Source: Gammaproteobacteria bacterium
GTDB lineage: Bacteria; Pseudomonadota; Gammaproteobacteria; Eutrophobiales; Eutrophobiaceae
Assembly (NCBI GenBank): GCA_003250975.1
Contig: QKIY01000033.1
Coordinates: forward strand, 14,086 to 78,085
Length of the DNA stretch: 64,000 nucleotides
Reading direction: 5' to 3'
A model generated the notes under the pieces. That model did not search any database and had not been told where the DNA came from. It saw only the letters and a list, made by a program, of their open reading frames with translations. Below are positions 1-7,984 of this stretch, one piece after another. Numbering within the stretch: position 1 is the stretch's first letter; each line of letters opens with the position of its first letter. The translations under genes and the position numbers were made by a program.

Positions 1-1
1 T

Positions 2-832
2 AAGGTGGCTGTAATCGGCATGGGGATCATGGGTATAGCTACGGCTGATAATCTCGACAAGGAAGGCCTGCTTGTAGCAACCTGGAACCGTTCAGAAAAA
101 CCCGGCTTGCCGAAATTCGAGCCGAACATCCGGGAGGCTGTAAATAACGCTGACATAATATTAATCCTTGTTACCGATGATGAGGCTGTTTCCGATGTGC
201 TCGATCAGATAGAACCTGTGCTTACATCCGGACAAATTGTTATTCAGTGCAGCACCGTCAGCCCTGCCAGCAATATCTCATTTGATAAAAGAGTTACTTC
301 TACTGGTGCAGGATTCGTTGAGGCCTTGATAGGTGGCAGCAAGGTAGCTGCAATAGAAAGACAGATCATCTTTTACCTTGGCGGCAGGGACAAGGAGATC
401 CGGGCGGTCATGCCAGTACTGGATAGGATTTCAGCAAAATGTATTCATGTCGGAGAGGTGGGCAAGGCCAGTGCAGTGAAGCTTGCAATGAATCTTAACA
501 TTGCCATGCAGGTGGAGGCATTGAGTGAAAGCTTTGCCTATGCTGAACGCGCGGGCATCGATCCAGCAATTTTTTTCAACGTCCTCAGAAACAATACGGC
601 TGGAAATAAACTCAGTGAAGTAAAGGAACCCAAATTGAAAGAACATGATTTTTCTCCTCAATTTTCGGTCAAGAATATGCTCAAAGATATCAGGCTTGCT
701 CTGGCAACCGAGGCGACGGACAACGGACTGGCGCTGCTTTCTGCGACTGAGAAACTGTATGCCAGAGCAATGGAGTCTGGTTACGGCGATGAAGACATGA
801 TTGCCCTATATAAACTAATCAATAACGACTGA
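2..832 (+). CDS. NAD(P)-dependent beta-hydroxyacid dehydrogenase (3-hydroxyisobutyrate dehydrogenase/GarR family); 5' end probably lies before the window
   Basis: Rossmann motif (K)VAVIGMGIMG, catalytic-Lys motif AVKLAMN and the FSVKNMLKD motif. The frame is open back to the window edge. Confidence 0.85.
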   Translation, partial: KVAVIGMGIMGIATADNLDKEGLLVATWNRSEKPGLPKFEPNIREAVNNADIILILVTDDEAVSDVLDQIEPVLTSGQIVIQCSTVSPASNISFDKRVTSTGAGFVEALIGGSKVAAIERQIIFYLGGRDKEIRAVMPVLDRISAKCIHVGEVGKASAVKLAMNLNIAMQVEALSESFAYAERAGIDPAIFFNVLRNNTAGNKLSEVKEPKLKEHDFSPQFSVKNMLKDIRLALATEATDNGLALLSATEKLYARAMESGYGDEDMIALYKLINND

Positions 833-854
833 CGATAGGAAATATAATCCGCTC

Positions 855-1226
855 ATGGCAAAATTTTTCCTTTTGAGTGGTGCTCTTAATGCGCTGCTGG
901 CCATCATGCTCGGTGCCTTTGGCGCCCACGCACTCAGGGAACAACTTCAGGAACGAATGCTTGAAGTTTTCCATACTGCAAGCCAGTATCATTTTTACCA
1001 TGCTCTTGGCCTGATGATAATCGGGATGCTAGTCCTGCAATTACAACCTTCGCCCTGGTTCAAGTGGTCCGGTTGGTTGATGCTGGCCGGAATCTTGCTG
1101 TTTTCAGGGAGTCTTTACCTCCTGGCAGTCAGCCGGATTGGCTGGCTGGGTATTGTGACTCCCTTCGGAGGCACTGCCTTCATTCTGGCCTGGCTCTCGG
1201 CTTTTATCGGCCTGCTAAAAAATTAA
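855..1226 (+). CDS. DUF423 / YgdD / TMEM256 family membrane protein
   Basis: Motifs GAFGAHAL, YHFYHAL, LFSGSLY and TPFGG; about 4 TM segments. Confidence 0.9.
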   Translation: MAKFFLLSGALNALLAIMLGAFGAHALREQLQERMLEVFHTASQYHFYHALGLMIIGMLVLQLQPSPWFKWSGWLMLAGILLFSGSLYLLAVSRIGWLGIVTPFGGTAFILAWLSAFIGLLKN

Positions 1227-1249
1227 TAGTGAAAACGGGATTGAAATCG

Positions 1250-1576
1250 ATGAAATACCTTTTATTTTTATTCTGCCTTGTCTTTGCAACTGCCCATGCC
1301 GATACACGGATAGCAGAGGCCTGCCACAACCAGGCCAAGGCCTTCCTCTCGGCCTTGCAATCAGAAGTCTTCAGTGATATGAGCGAAACACAGTCGCAGA
1401 GAGTATTCACTCTGGCAATGACAACATGCGAACAGGAATTTTCCAGGGTCGAAAAGGCAGACCTGGACAATGGAGAACAGGATCGTTCCAATGACTGGTT
1501 TACAAATTATATCCTCAGGGGAGAACAGCCTGACAAGGCCGGTAATAAAAGACTCAAGCGGATGAACCGTCGTTAG
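1250..1576 (+). CDS. small secreted hypothetical protein
   Basis: ATG 1250 gives a Sec signal MKYLLFLFCLVFATAHA. The longer track start at 1064 overlaps the upstream gene. Mature part has 2 Cys. Confidence 0.65.
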   Translation: MKYLLFLFCLVFATAHADTRIAEACHNQAKAFLSALQSEVFSDMSETQSQRVFTLAMTTCEQEFSRVEKADLDNGEQDRSNDWFTNYILRGEQPDKAGNKRLKRMNRR

Positions 1577-1941
1577 GCGGACCCAAGCCAGAGCAAAGAG
1601 ATCAACCACAGGACCAGCAGCCACAGTGCCAGGATAATCGAAACCCCGAGCACCCTTAGGCCAATGTCTTGCCCGTCCTTTGCTCCGTCCCGGTAATCAA
1701 TAATCACCTCTTCCGGTATCAGCCTGACGATCAAGGCAAGTGCTACGGGCACCAGGATGGCTTCATCCAGCAGTCCCAGTACCGGGATGAAATCAGGCAC
1801 CAGGTCAATGGGGCTGATAATATAGGCAAGCAGCATAAGCGTCAGGCACTTGATATACCAAGCTACCCGGGGATCGCGGATTGCCCGGTATAAAATATAA
1901 GCATTTGATTTAAATGCTATAATATTTTTTGTGAGTTTCAT
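1573..1941 (-). CDS. YkvA / DUF1232 family membrane protein
   Basis: RDPRVAWYIK and YIISPIDLVPDFIPVLGLLDE signature. Start at 1941 (alternative GTG at 1974). Confidence 0.85.
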   Translation of the reverse strand: MKLTKNIIAFKSNAYILYRAIRDPRVAWYIKCLTLMLLAYIISPIDLVPDFIPVLGLLDEAILVPVALALIVRLIPEEVIIDYRDGAKDGQDIGLRVLGVSIILALWLLVLWLISLLWLGSA

Positions 1942-2043
1942 GTTCCCGGTGACCACTGTCTCCAATATTTTCACGACGACAATACATGAATAATCCGGAA
2001 CTCTTTACTAACCAGCTCAACTAGACAACAAGGCTTTTCAATC

Positions 2044-2805
2044 ATGGTTATAGATAATATACCGCTGTTCGCGGAGAGGCTCCGCAATGGAGAGATGCTC
2101 ATTGGCACACTGATCAGCCTGCCATCGCCGGAAGTCACCGAAATATTGTCAAAAACAGGTTTTGACTGGTTATTTATCGATGCAGAGCACGGCGCCTTCA
2201 ATCCACAAGAGGCGCAGGCGTTATTACAGGCCGCAGGTCAATGCCCTTGTGTGGTCAGGGTGCCCTCGGATGATGAAGTCTGGATCAAGAAGGCACTTGA
2301 TATCGGTGCAGCAGGCCTGATATTTCCACAGGTACACACGGCTGAGCAGGTCCGTAACATTGTGAACCGGTGTAAATATTCTCCCGAGGGCTCACGTGGT
2401 ATTGGTATAGGTAGGGCCCATAATTATGGCCTGAGTTTTGAAGAATATCTCGAGACCGCAAACCGGAACACAGCCATCATAATACAGGCTGAAAGCCGGC
2501 AGGCAGTGGAAAATATCGGGGAAATAACCGATGTTCCCGGAATCGATGCCATATTGATTGGTCCCAATGACTTGGCAGCCAGCCTGGGCAAGAGAGGAAA
2601 ACTGACAGACCCCGAAGTGGAATCCGCAATCGAACAGATATCACATACGTGTTTATCTAAAAATATTAAACTGGGTTTCTTCGGGACCAGTGCGGAATCG
2701 GTCAAGCCCTGTATGCAAAAAGGTTTTACACTGATAACACTGGGTGTCGATTCCCTGTTTTTAATCAAAGCAGCAAAAGAATCCCTGAGTATGCTACATG
2801 GCTAG
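2044..2805 (+). CDS. HpcH/HpaI (GarL-like) class II pyruvate aldolase
   Basis: Motifs FDWLFIDAEHG, KKALDIGA, IQAES and IGPNDL. Confidence 0.9.
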   Translation: MVIDNIPLFAERLRNGEMLIGTLISLPSPEVTEILSKTGFDWLFIDAEHGAFNPQEAQALLQAAGQCPCVVRVPSDDEVWIKKALDIGAAGLIFPQVHTAEQVRNIVNRCKYSPEGSRGIGIGRAHNYGLSFEEYLETANRNTAIIIQAESRQAVENIGEITDVPGIDAILIGPNDLAASLGKRGKLTDPEVESAIEQISHTCLSKNIKLGFFGTSAESVKPCMQKGFTLITLGVDSLFLIKAAKESLSMLHG

Positions 2806-3160
2806 AAAAACATTCATGAGCCTTGGTACTATAAACACTATACTGAATACCGCGCCTCTCATAATCCAGGGGGCAACAAGGCTATTGAAGGCCATAAAGG
2901 AAAAAAACAGCATGGAATCGAAGGAAAATGATATTCCTGCTACTGTGGAGGGGATTAAAAACGAGCTGGAACGCGTCAACAAGCGGCTAGAAGATACATC
3001 GAATACGACCATTGAACAGATCAGGCTGATTGAAGAACTGGCAAAACAGAATGAACTCCTCGCAGAATCCCTTCAGAAGCTGAACAGGAAAAGCAACCTG
3101 ATTGCACTGATATCTATTATTGCCATTTTCTTCGTGCTGTTATATCTGTTTCTCGCATAA
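2798..3160 (+). CDS. hypothetical coiled-coil protein with C-terminal membrane anchor
   Basis: Overlaps the upstream stop by 8 nt; heptad-like central region; hydrophobic C-terminus. Confidence 0.65.
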   Translation: MARKTFMSLGTINTILNTAPLIIQGATRLLKAIKEKNSMESKENDIPATVEGIKNELERVNKRLEDTSNTTIEQIRLIEELAKQNELLAESLQKLNRKSNLIALISIIAIFFVLLYLFLA

Positions 3161-3187
3161 ACAGATCCTGCTTGAGCTCTCTCTGCC

Positions 3188-3943
3188 ATGTATGAAATAT
3201 GCCCAAAATGCAACTATAAGCGCCAGGATTCCGATGATTGCAGCATGGATCAATGTCCTGCCTGTGGCATTCTGTTTTCCAAGTGGATGAAGCGACAATT
3301 CGGACAAGACAGCAGTCCGCTGCCTGCTCATCCAGGAAACGATACAAGCATCCTTGTCAGGTTAAAGGATGTCCTGTTATACGTTGATCCCGACACAGGG
3401 CCTGTCCGGTTTTACGGCAATCTGTGCATATATGTCTTTTTTCTGGCCTGGGGATGGCAATTCATAAAAATGGATTATTCCATTAACCCCTATGAGATAG
3501 CTGATTCTTTCATGCACAATATCAACCTTGTTTTTCATGAGGCGGGGCATGTTGTATTCAGGCCATTCGGCCGGTTTATGATGATACTTGGGGGCTCGTT
3601 GATGCAGCTTCTGGTACCTGCTGTAGTTTTGCTGAGCTTTATCTTTAAAAACAGGGATAATTTTGCAGCGTCAATCGGCCTCTGGTGGCTGGGGCAAAGC
3701 CTTGTAGACCTTGCTCCCTATATTGACGATGCGATGGAACAGAAACTCGTATTACTTGGAGGACGTACAGGTGCAGACTCACCGGGCAGTCATGACTGGA
3801 ATAATATATTGATAGAATTCAATGTGCTTGAAAGATACCATGAGTATGCAAGGTTCGCCGATTTACTAGGTACCGCAATCATTCTCCTGGCTCTTGCATG
3901 GGGCGCTGTTATCCTTGTCAAACAATATAAACATCAGTATTAA
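3188..3943 (+). CDS. zinc-ribbon plus HExxH membrane protein (M50-like putative intramembrane metalloprotease)
   Basis: N-terminal CPKC...CPAC; FHEAGH next to a TM segment; downstream HDWNNIL; several TM helices. Confidence 0.7.
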   Translation: MYEICPKCNYKRQDSDDCSMDQCPACGILFSKWMKRQFGQDSSPLPAHPGNDTSILVRLKDVLLYVDPDTGPVRFYGNLCIYVFFLAWGWQFIKMDYSINPYEIADSFMHNINLVFHEAGHVVFRPFGRFMMILGGSLMQLLVPAVVLLSFIFKNRDNFAASIGLWWLGQSLVDLAPYIDDAMEQKLVLLGGRTGADSPGSHDWNNILIEFNVLERYHEYARFADLLGTAIILLALAWGAVILVKQYKHQY

Positions 3944-3965
3944 CAAATCCGGGTTGTGTACGAGT

Positions 3966-5408
3966 GTGACATACAGAACCGTTTATATATTATTTATTAC
4001 ATTTTTTTATATCACAGATATCTCTTCTGCTTATGCCTATAGTCCCGAGACAGAGCCGTCTCTTCCGGAAGAAATAACATCTTTATTCCAGAGGCACAAA
4101 ATTCCTCTTGATTCCATCAGTCTCTATATTATCGATCCTTTAAGCAAAGAGCCCCTGTTGCTGTTTAATGAAGATACACCACGTAATCCCGCCTCTACTA
4201 TCAAGTTACTTACAACGATGGCCGCACTGGAAATCCTTGGTCCTTCTTATGTCTGGCAAACTGATTTTTATATTGATGGTAAACTTGATGATGGCAGGCT
4301 TGATGGTGATCTTATACTAAAGGGTGGCGGTGATCCCTTTCTTTCAAAAGAGAACCTATGGCATATTCTATTCAGTCTCCAGGCGCGAGGCATCAGGCAT
4401 ATCGAGGGAGACCTTGTCATAGATGACAGCCTGTTTGAAGATGAATCAGGATCACCAGCTGATTTCGATAACAAGCCCTATCGAGTTTACAATATATTTC
4501 CTGATGCGGCCCTTGTGAATTTCAATGCCCAGGAATTTATCTTAATTCCAGATGCTGATAAGGTTCATATATACACGGATCCCCCGGCTGCCAATCTGCA
4601 CATTGATAACAAGGTTAAACCCGCCAAGGGCAATTGTTTTGCAAACAAAAAGCCCCTGATACTTCATATAACGCACCATGCAGATGAGACAGTGGCCAGA
4701 TTTTCAGGTGACTATCCGGTGGATTGTGGTGAAAAAAATATTATCCGTTCCGTGCTTCCACAGGATGAATATATATATGGGGTATTCAAGTCCATGTGGC
4801 AGCAACTGGGAGGCACATTATCAGGCTCTTACAGAAATGCCAGTCAGCAATTCTCAGGTGACCCCTTCTATTCGTGGCAATCCCTGCCATTGAGCGAGAT
4901 CATAAAAGATATCAATAAATACAGTAACAACGTCATGTCCCGCCAGTTACTGCTGACAATGGCAATGGAGTCCAGGGGTATACCGGGTAACAGGGATTCG
5001 GGTATAGAAGCAGTAAAAAACTGGCTCGAAAGCATCAATATACATGCGCCTGAATTGTTGATAGAAAATGGCTCAGGCCTTTCGCGCAAAAGCAGGATCA
5101 CGGCAAAACACCTTGGAAAACTGCTGGAGTATGCCTATCAAAGCCCCTTGCAACCAGAATTCATGGCCTCATTTCCCCTTGCAGGCAATGATGGAACCAT
5201 GCGCAAACGACTCAACGGTGACATGCCGGCTGGAAGCGCAAGGATTAAAACCGGCCTGCTTGACGATGTCAGAACTATGGCCGGTTATATTCGTAGCAGG
5301 AATGGCAGGGAATTTATAGTAATAGCTTTACAAAATTACCCGGGTATTCACAAACAGATCGGAACTGAAATCCAGGACGAGATTATCCACTGGCTCTTTA
5401 ACCAATAG
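3966..5408 (+). CDS. dacB: D-alanyl-D-alanine carboxypeptidase/endopeptidase (PBP4, peptidase S13)
   Basis: SxxK (PASTIK), SxN (YSNN) and KTG motifs, plus GGGDP and ENGSGLSR. Start uncertain (GTG 3966 chosen). Confidence 0.9.
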   Translation: MTYRTVYILFITFFYITDISSAYAYSPETEPSLPEEITSLFQRHKIPLDSISLYIIDPLSKEPLLLFNEDTPRNPASTIKLLTTMAALEILGPSYVWQTDFYIDGKLDDGRLDGDLILKGGGDPFLSKENLWHILFSLQARGIRHIEGDLVIDDSLFEDESGSPADFDNKPYRVYNIFPDAALVNFNAQEFILIPDADKVHIYTDPPAANLHIDNKVKPAKGNCFANKKPLILHITHHADETVARFSGDYPVDCGEKNIIRSVLPQDEYIYGVFKSMWQQLGGTLSGSYRNASQQFSGDPFYSWQSLPLSEIIKDINKYSNNVMSRQLLLTMAMESRGIPGNRDSGIEAVKNWLESINIHAPELLIENGSGLSRKSRITAKHLGKLLEYAYQSPLQPEFMASFPLAGNDGTMRKRLNGDMPAGSARIKTGLLDDVRTMAGYIRSRNGREFIVIALQNYPGIHKQIGTEIQDEIIHWLFNQ

Positions 5409-5423
5409 TATTGTCAGCAGACA

Positions 5424-6188
5424 TCAGTTCTCATACCGGCCATGTGGATTCCCTTTATGCCGGTTTCCGTTTTCATTCTCCTTATCGCTATTATGTTTGT
5501 TATGCCTTTCATCAGGTTCTCTATTTGCCTGATGATCGTAATTTACATTACCATGGCTATTCCTGCCGTCCGGCTTCCCAGCCCTGTCATCTGACTTCAC
5601 ATGTCTATCATCCGGTCTTCCAGTCCTGTCATCTGACTTCACATGTCTATCATCCGGTCTTCCAGTCCTGTCATCTGACTTCACATGCCTGTCATCCGGT
5701 CTTCCAGTCCTGTCATCTGACTTCACATGCCTGTCATCCGGCTTCCCAGCCCTGTCATCCCGCTTCCCATGCCTGTCATCCGATCGGTTATTCTTGTACC
5801 CCTTTTTGTGATCTTCCCTTGATCTGTAATGTTTATCACGGGAATGATGACCCTCGACAAATTTTTTCGGGAGTTTCTTCTCGCTGTATTTCTTCCAGCC
5901 TTTGTCCAGGTCTCTGCTCCTGTACCAGTGATCATGATCATACCTGTAATAATGACCACCGAAATAATAATAATCAGGGAAACCGATAACAACATAGACT
6001 CCTAGATAAGAGTCATATACCAGATCATGGCCATGATGCTTGTGCCTATAACCGTGCGCCGGTGCATGCGGCGGGGGGCCAGCATCATGATCATGATAAT
6101 ATGCATGGTGATGATGAGGCACAATTTCACATCCTGTCAGCATTAAAGCGAACATCACAAGGCCGCAAATTACGTATATCTTCTTCAT
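5424..6188 (-). CDS. His-rich lipoprotein with charged tandem-repeat C-terminal tail
   Basis: Lipobox LTGC after a hydrophobic leader, GAGG RBS, HHHHAYYHDHD and GPPPHAPAHGYRHKHHGH, then DDRxxxx repeats. Confidence 0.75.
   Translation of the reverse strand: MKKIYVICGLVMFALMLTGCEIVPHHHHAYYHDHDAGPPPHAPAHGYRHKHHGHDLVYDSYLGVYVVIGFPDYYYFGGHYYRYDHDHWYRSRDLDKGWKKYSEKKLPKKFVEGHHSRDKHYRSREDHKKGYKNNRSDDRHGKRDDRAGKPDDRHVKSDDRTGRPDDRHVKSDDRTGRPDDRHVKSDDRTGRPDDRHVKSDDRAGKPDGRNSHGNVNYDHQANREPDERHNKHNSDKENENGNRHKGNPHGRYEN
5562..5781. repeat. coding tandem repeat: about 11 units of 21 bp organised as a 42-bp higher-order unit
   Basis: cctgtcatc recurs at 5583, 5625, 5667, 5688, 5709, 5730, 5751 and 5772, with variants at 5562, 5604 and 5646. 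Encodes DDRHVKS/DDRTGRP on the minus strand. Confidence 0.95.
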
Positions 6189-6317
6189 CACGATCAACAC
6201 CTCGTATTTAATTAATGGACTATTGATAATCCTATCATCCGATTATCCGGTGATAGCAAATTAGACAGGGAGACTGCGAAAAGTATCAATGCATGAAGTG
6301 TATTTTAGTGAGTCTTG

Positions 6318-7820
6318 TCACATTTCAGGCCAGTCCATGACCTTTTTATCCATTAACAGATTTAGTGTCAGGCGTATCCCGAATCCGGTTGTATCTGTAG
6401 GAACATGCGCAAGCCCGCCTTTGCGGTTACTGCTCGATAAATCCACATGAATCCACGGGACATTGTTTTTCACGAACCTCTGCAGAAAACGTGAGGCAAG
6501 AATGTGATCCATGCCCGATTCACGTGAGCATTGTTTTATATCCGCAATATTGCTCTCCAATAACTTGTCATAGTCCTCATCCATAGGAAACGGCCAGACA
6601 CGTTCCCCGCTATCCTTGCCGGCCTCTATCAATACCGGGTTAAGTGCTTCCCTGTTAGTAAAAATGCCACTGTAGGCTGTTCCTAGAGAGTAAATACAGG
6701 CTCCGGTCAAGGTTGCATAGTCAATGATTAGGGACGGTTTTTCCTTCGAGGCCAGCACCAGGGTATCGCACAGGACCATGCGGCCCTCGGCATCGGTATG
6801 GACAACTTCGATGGTCGTGCCGTCACATGCCGTTACCACATCATTCTGTTTATAGGCCTTTGGCCCGATATGATTCATGGCAAGAGCAAGCCAGCACTCT
6901 ACTGGGTAATTCACCTTGAGGCGGCTCAGGGCCAGTAATGTCCCCAGTGCAACGGCACTGCCCTGCATATCTTCATGCATGCCAAACATATAATTGGCAG
7001 GCTTCAGGTTGGTCCCTCCCGTGTCATAGCAGATCCCCTTACCCACCAGGCTGAGCTTTCTTTTAGCCGATGATCTGTTTTGAGGCCGGTATATCAATCG
7101 GACAATGCCGGCATCGGCAACGGGGCTGCCCTGGGCTACAGCGATAAAGGCGCCCGCTTTTTTCTTTTTAAGCAACTCAAGATTGTAAAACTGCAATTGC
7201 CAATCATTGACTTTGGCCAATTTTTTCACTTCTTTCAGATAGTCAGTGGGCGTCAATGAATTAGGAGGAAGCATACTGAGACTGCGCGCCAAAGCATTTC
7301 CCTCCGCTTCCGCAAAACTACGTTTGAATCCATGTGCCGTTTTGACCCCAAAAATATTTATCTTGTTCAGTACTGGCCCTTTTCTGTCTTTGCCGGACTT
7401 GAATTCAGGCATTTCGGCGACTGCTGCGAGCATCGCGGATATCACAGCTTCTGCCATGCGCTCAGCAGCATCCATATTGTAACCATATAGAATTACACCA
7501 AGCTCCTGTCCGTGAAAATCCCTATGTTGTTTTATCAGATCAGCCGCAATACCCAGTAATTCGAAGCTGCTGATTTCCGGATCGATGCAGGCGAATGCAA
7601 GATGCGTGATATTTCTATTTGGCAGGTCACAGGAGAACACGGTTTTGTTGGAAAATTTTTTATTCAGCTGCTTTCTGCGTAAATCTATAAATTCACCGTA
7701 AGGTAAGTTTTTGATGGACGGTAATGTAATGTTACCCGGCACCACTATGATCCAGTTTGCTGTTTTATCGACTCGTGCTTTATCGGGTAACTCAGGATGC
7801 TGCTGTAATTTTATTTTCAT
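6318..7820 (-). CDS. M17 leucyl aminopeptidase family protein
   Basis: Motifs GKGICYDTGGTNLK, EDMQGSA, HTDAEGR, DYATLTGA and WIHVD. Start uncertain (7820 or 7856). Confidence 0.9.
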   Translation of the reverse strand: MKIKLQQHPELPDKARVDKTANWIIVVPGNITLPSIKNLPYGEFIDLRRKQLNKKFSNKTVFSCDLPNRNITHLAFACIDPEISSFELLGIAADLIKQHRDFHGQELGVILYGYNMDAAERMAEAVISAMLAAVAEMPEFKSGKDRKGPVLNKINIFGVKTAHGFKRSFAEAEGNALARSLSMLPPNSLTPTDYLKEVKKLAKVNDWQLQFYNLELLKKKKAGAFIAVAQGSPVADAGIVRLIYRPQNRSSAKRKLSLVGKGICYDTGGTNLKPANYMFGMHEDMQGSAVALGTLLALSRLKVNYPVECWLALAMNHIGPKAYKQNDVVTACDGTTIEVVHTDAEGRMVLCDTLVLASKEKPSLIIDYATLTGACIYSLGTAYSGIFTNREALNPVLIEAGKDSGERVWPFPMDEDYDKLLESNIADIKQCSRESGMDHILASRFLQRFVKNNVPWIHVDLSSSNRKGGLAHVPTDTTGFGIRLTLNLLMDKKVMDWPEM

Positions 7821-7984
7821 CAAATTGGTCCGGAATTTAATAATATTGCCCTGCATTATAAATGATAACGGCCTTCAGGCGTGAGCGGGCAACAATACAT
7901 TTTATAAAATAATCTCTAAACTGATATTATGAGTAAAAATAAATCCAGAACGGATTGAAGAATCTAAAATCCTATGGTAAGTCC

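Noticed and set aside
5562..5781. Possible CRISPR array
   Set aside because: The units are head-to-tail with no unique spacers, are multiples of 3 nt and in-frame coding, and no cas genes are present.
5411..5989. Plus-strand 192-aa Cys/His-rich ORF with CHLTSHVYHPVFQS repeats that looks like a metallothionein or RiPP precursor
   Set aside because: It is antisense to a lipoprotein gene with a clear RBS and lipobox. It has a TTG start, and its open frame is largely explained by the stop-free tandem repeat.
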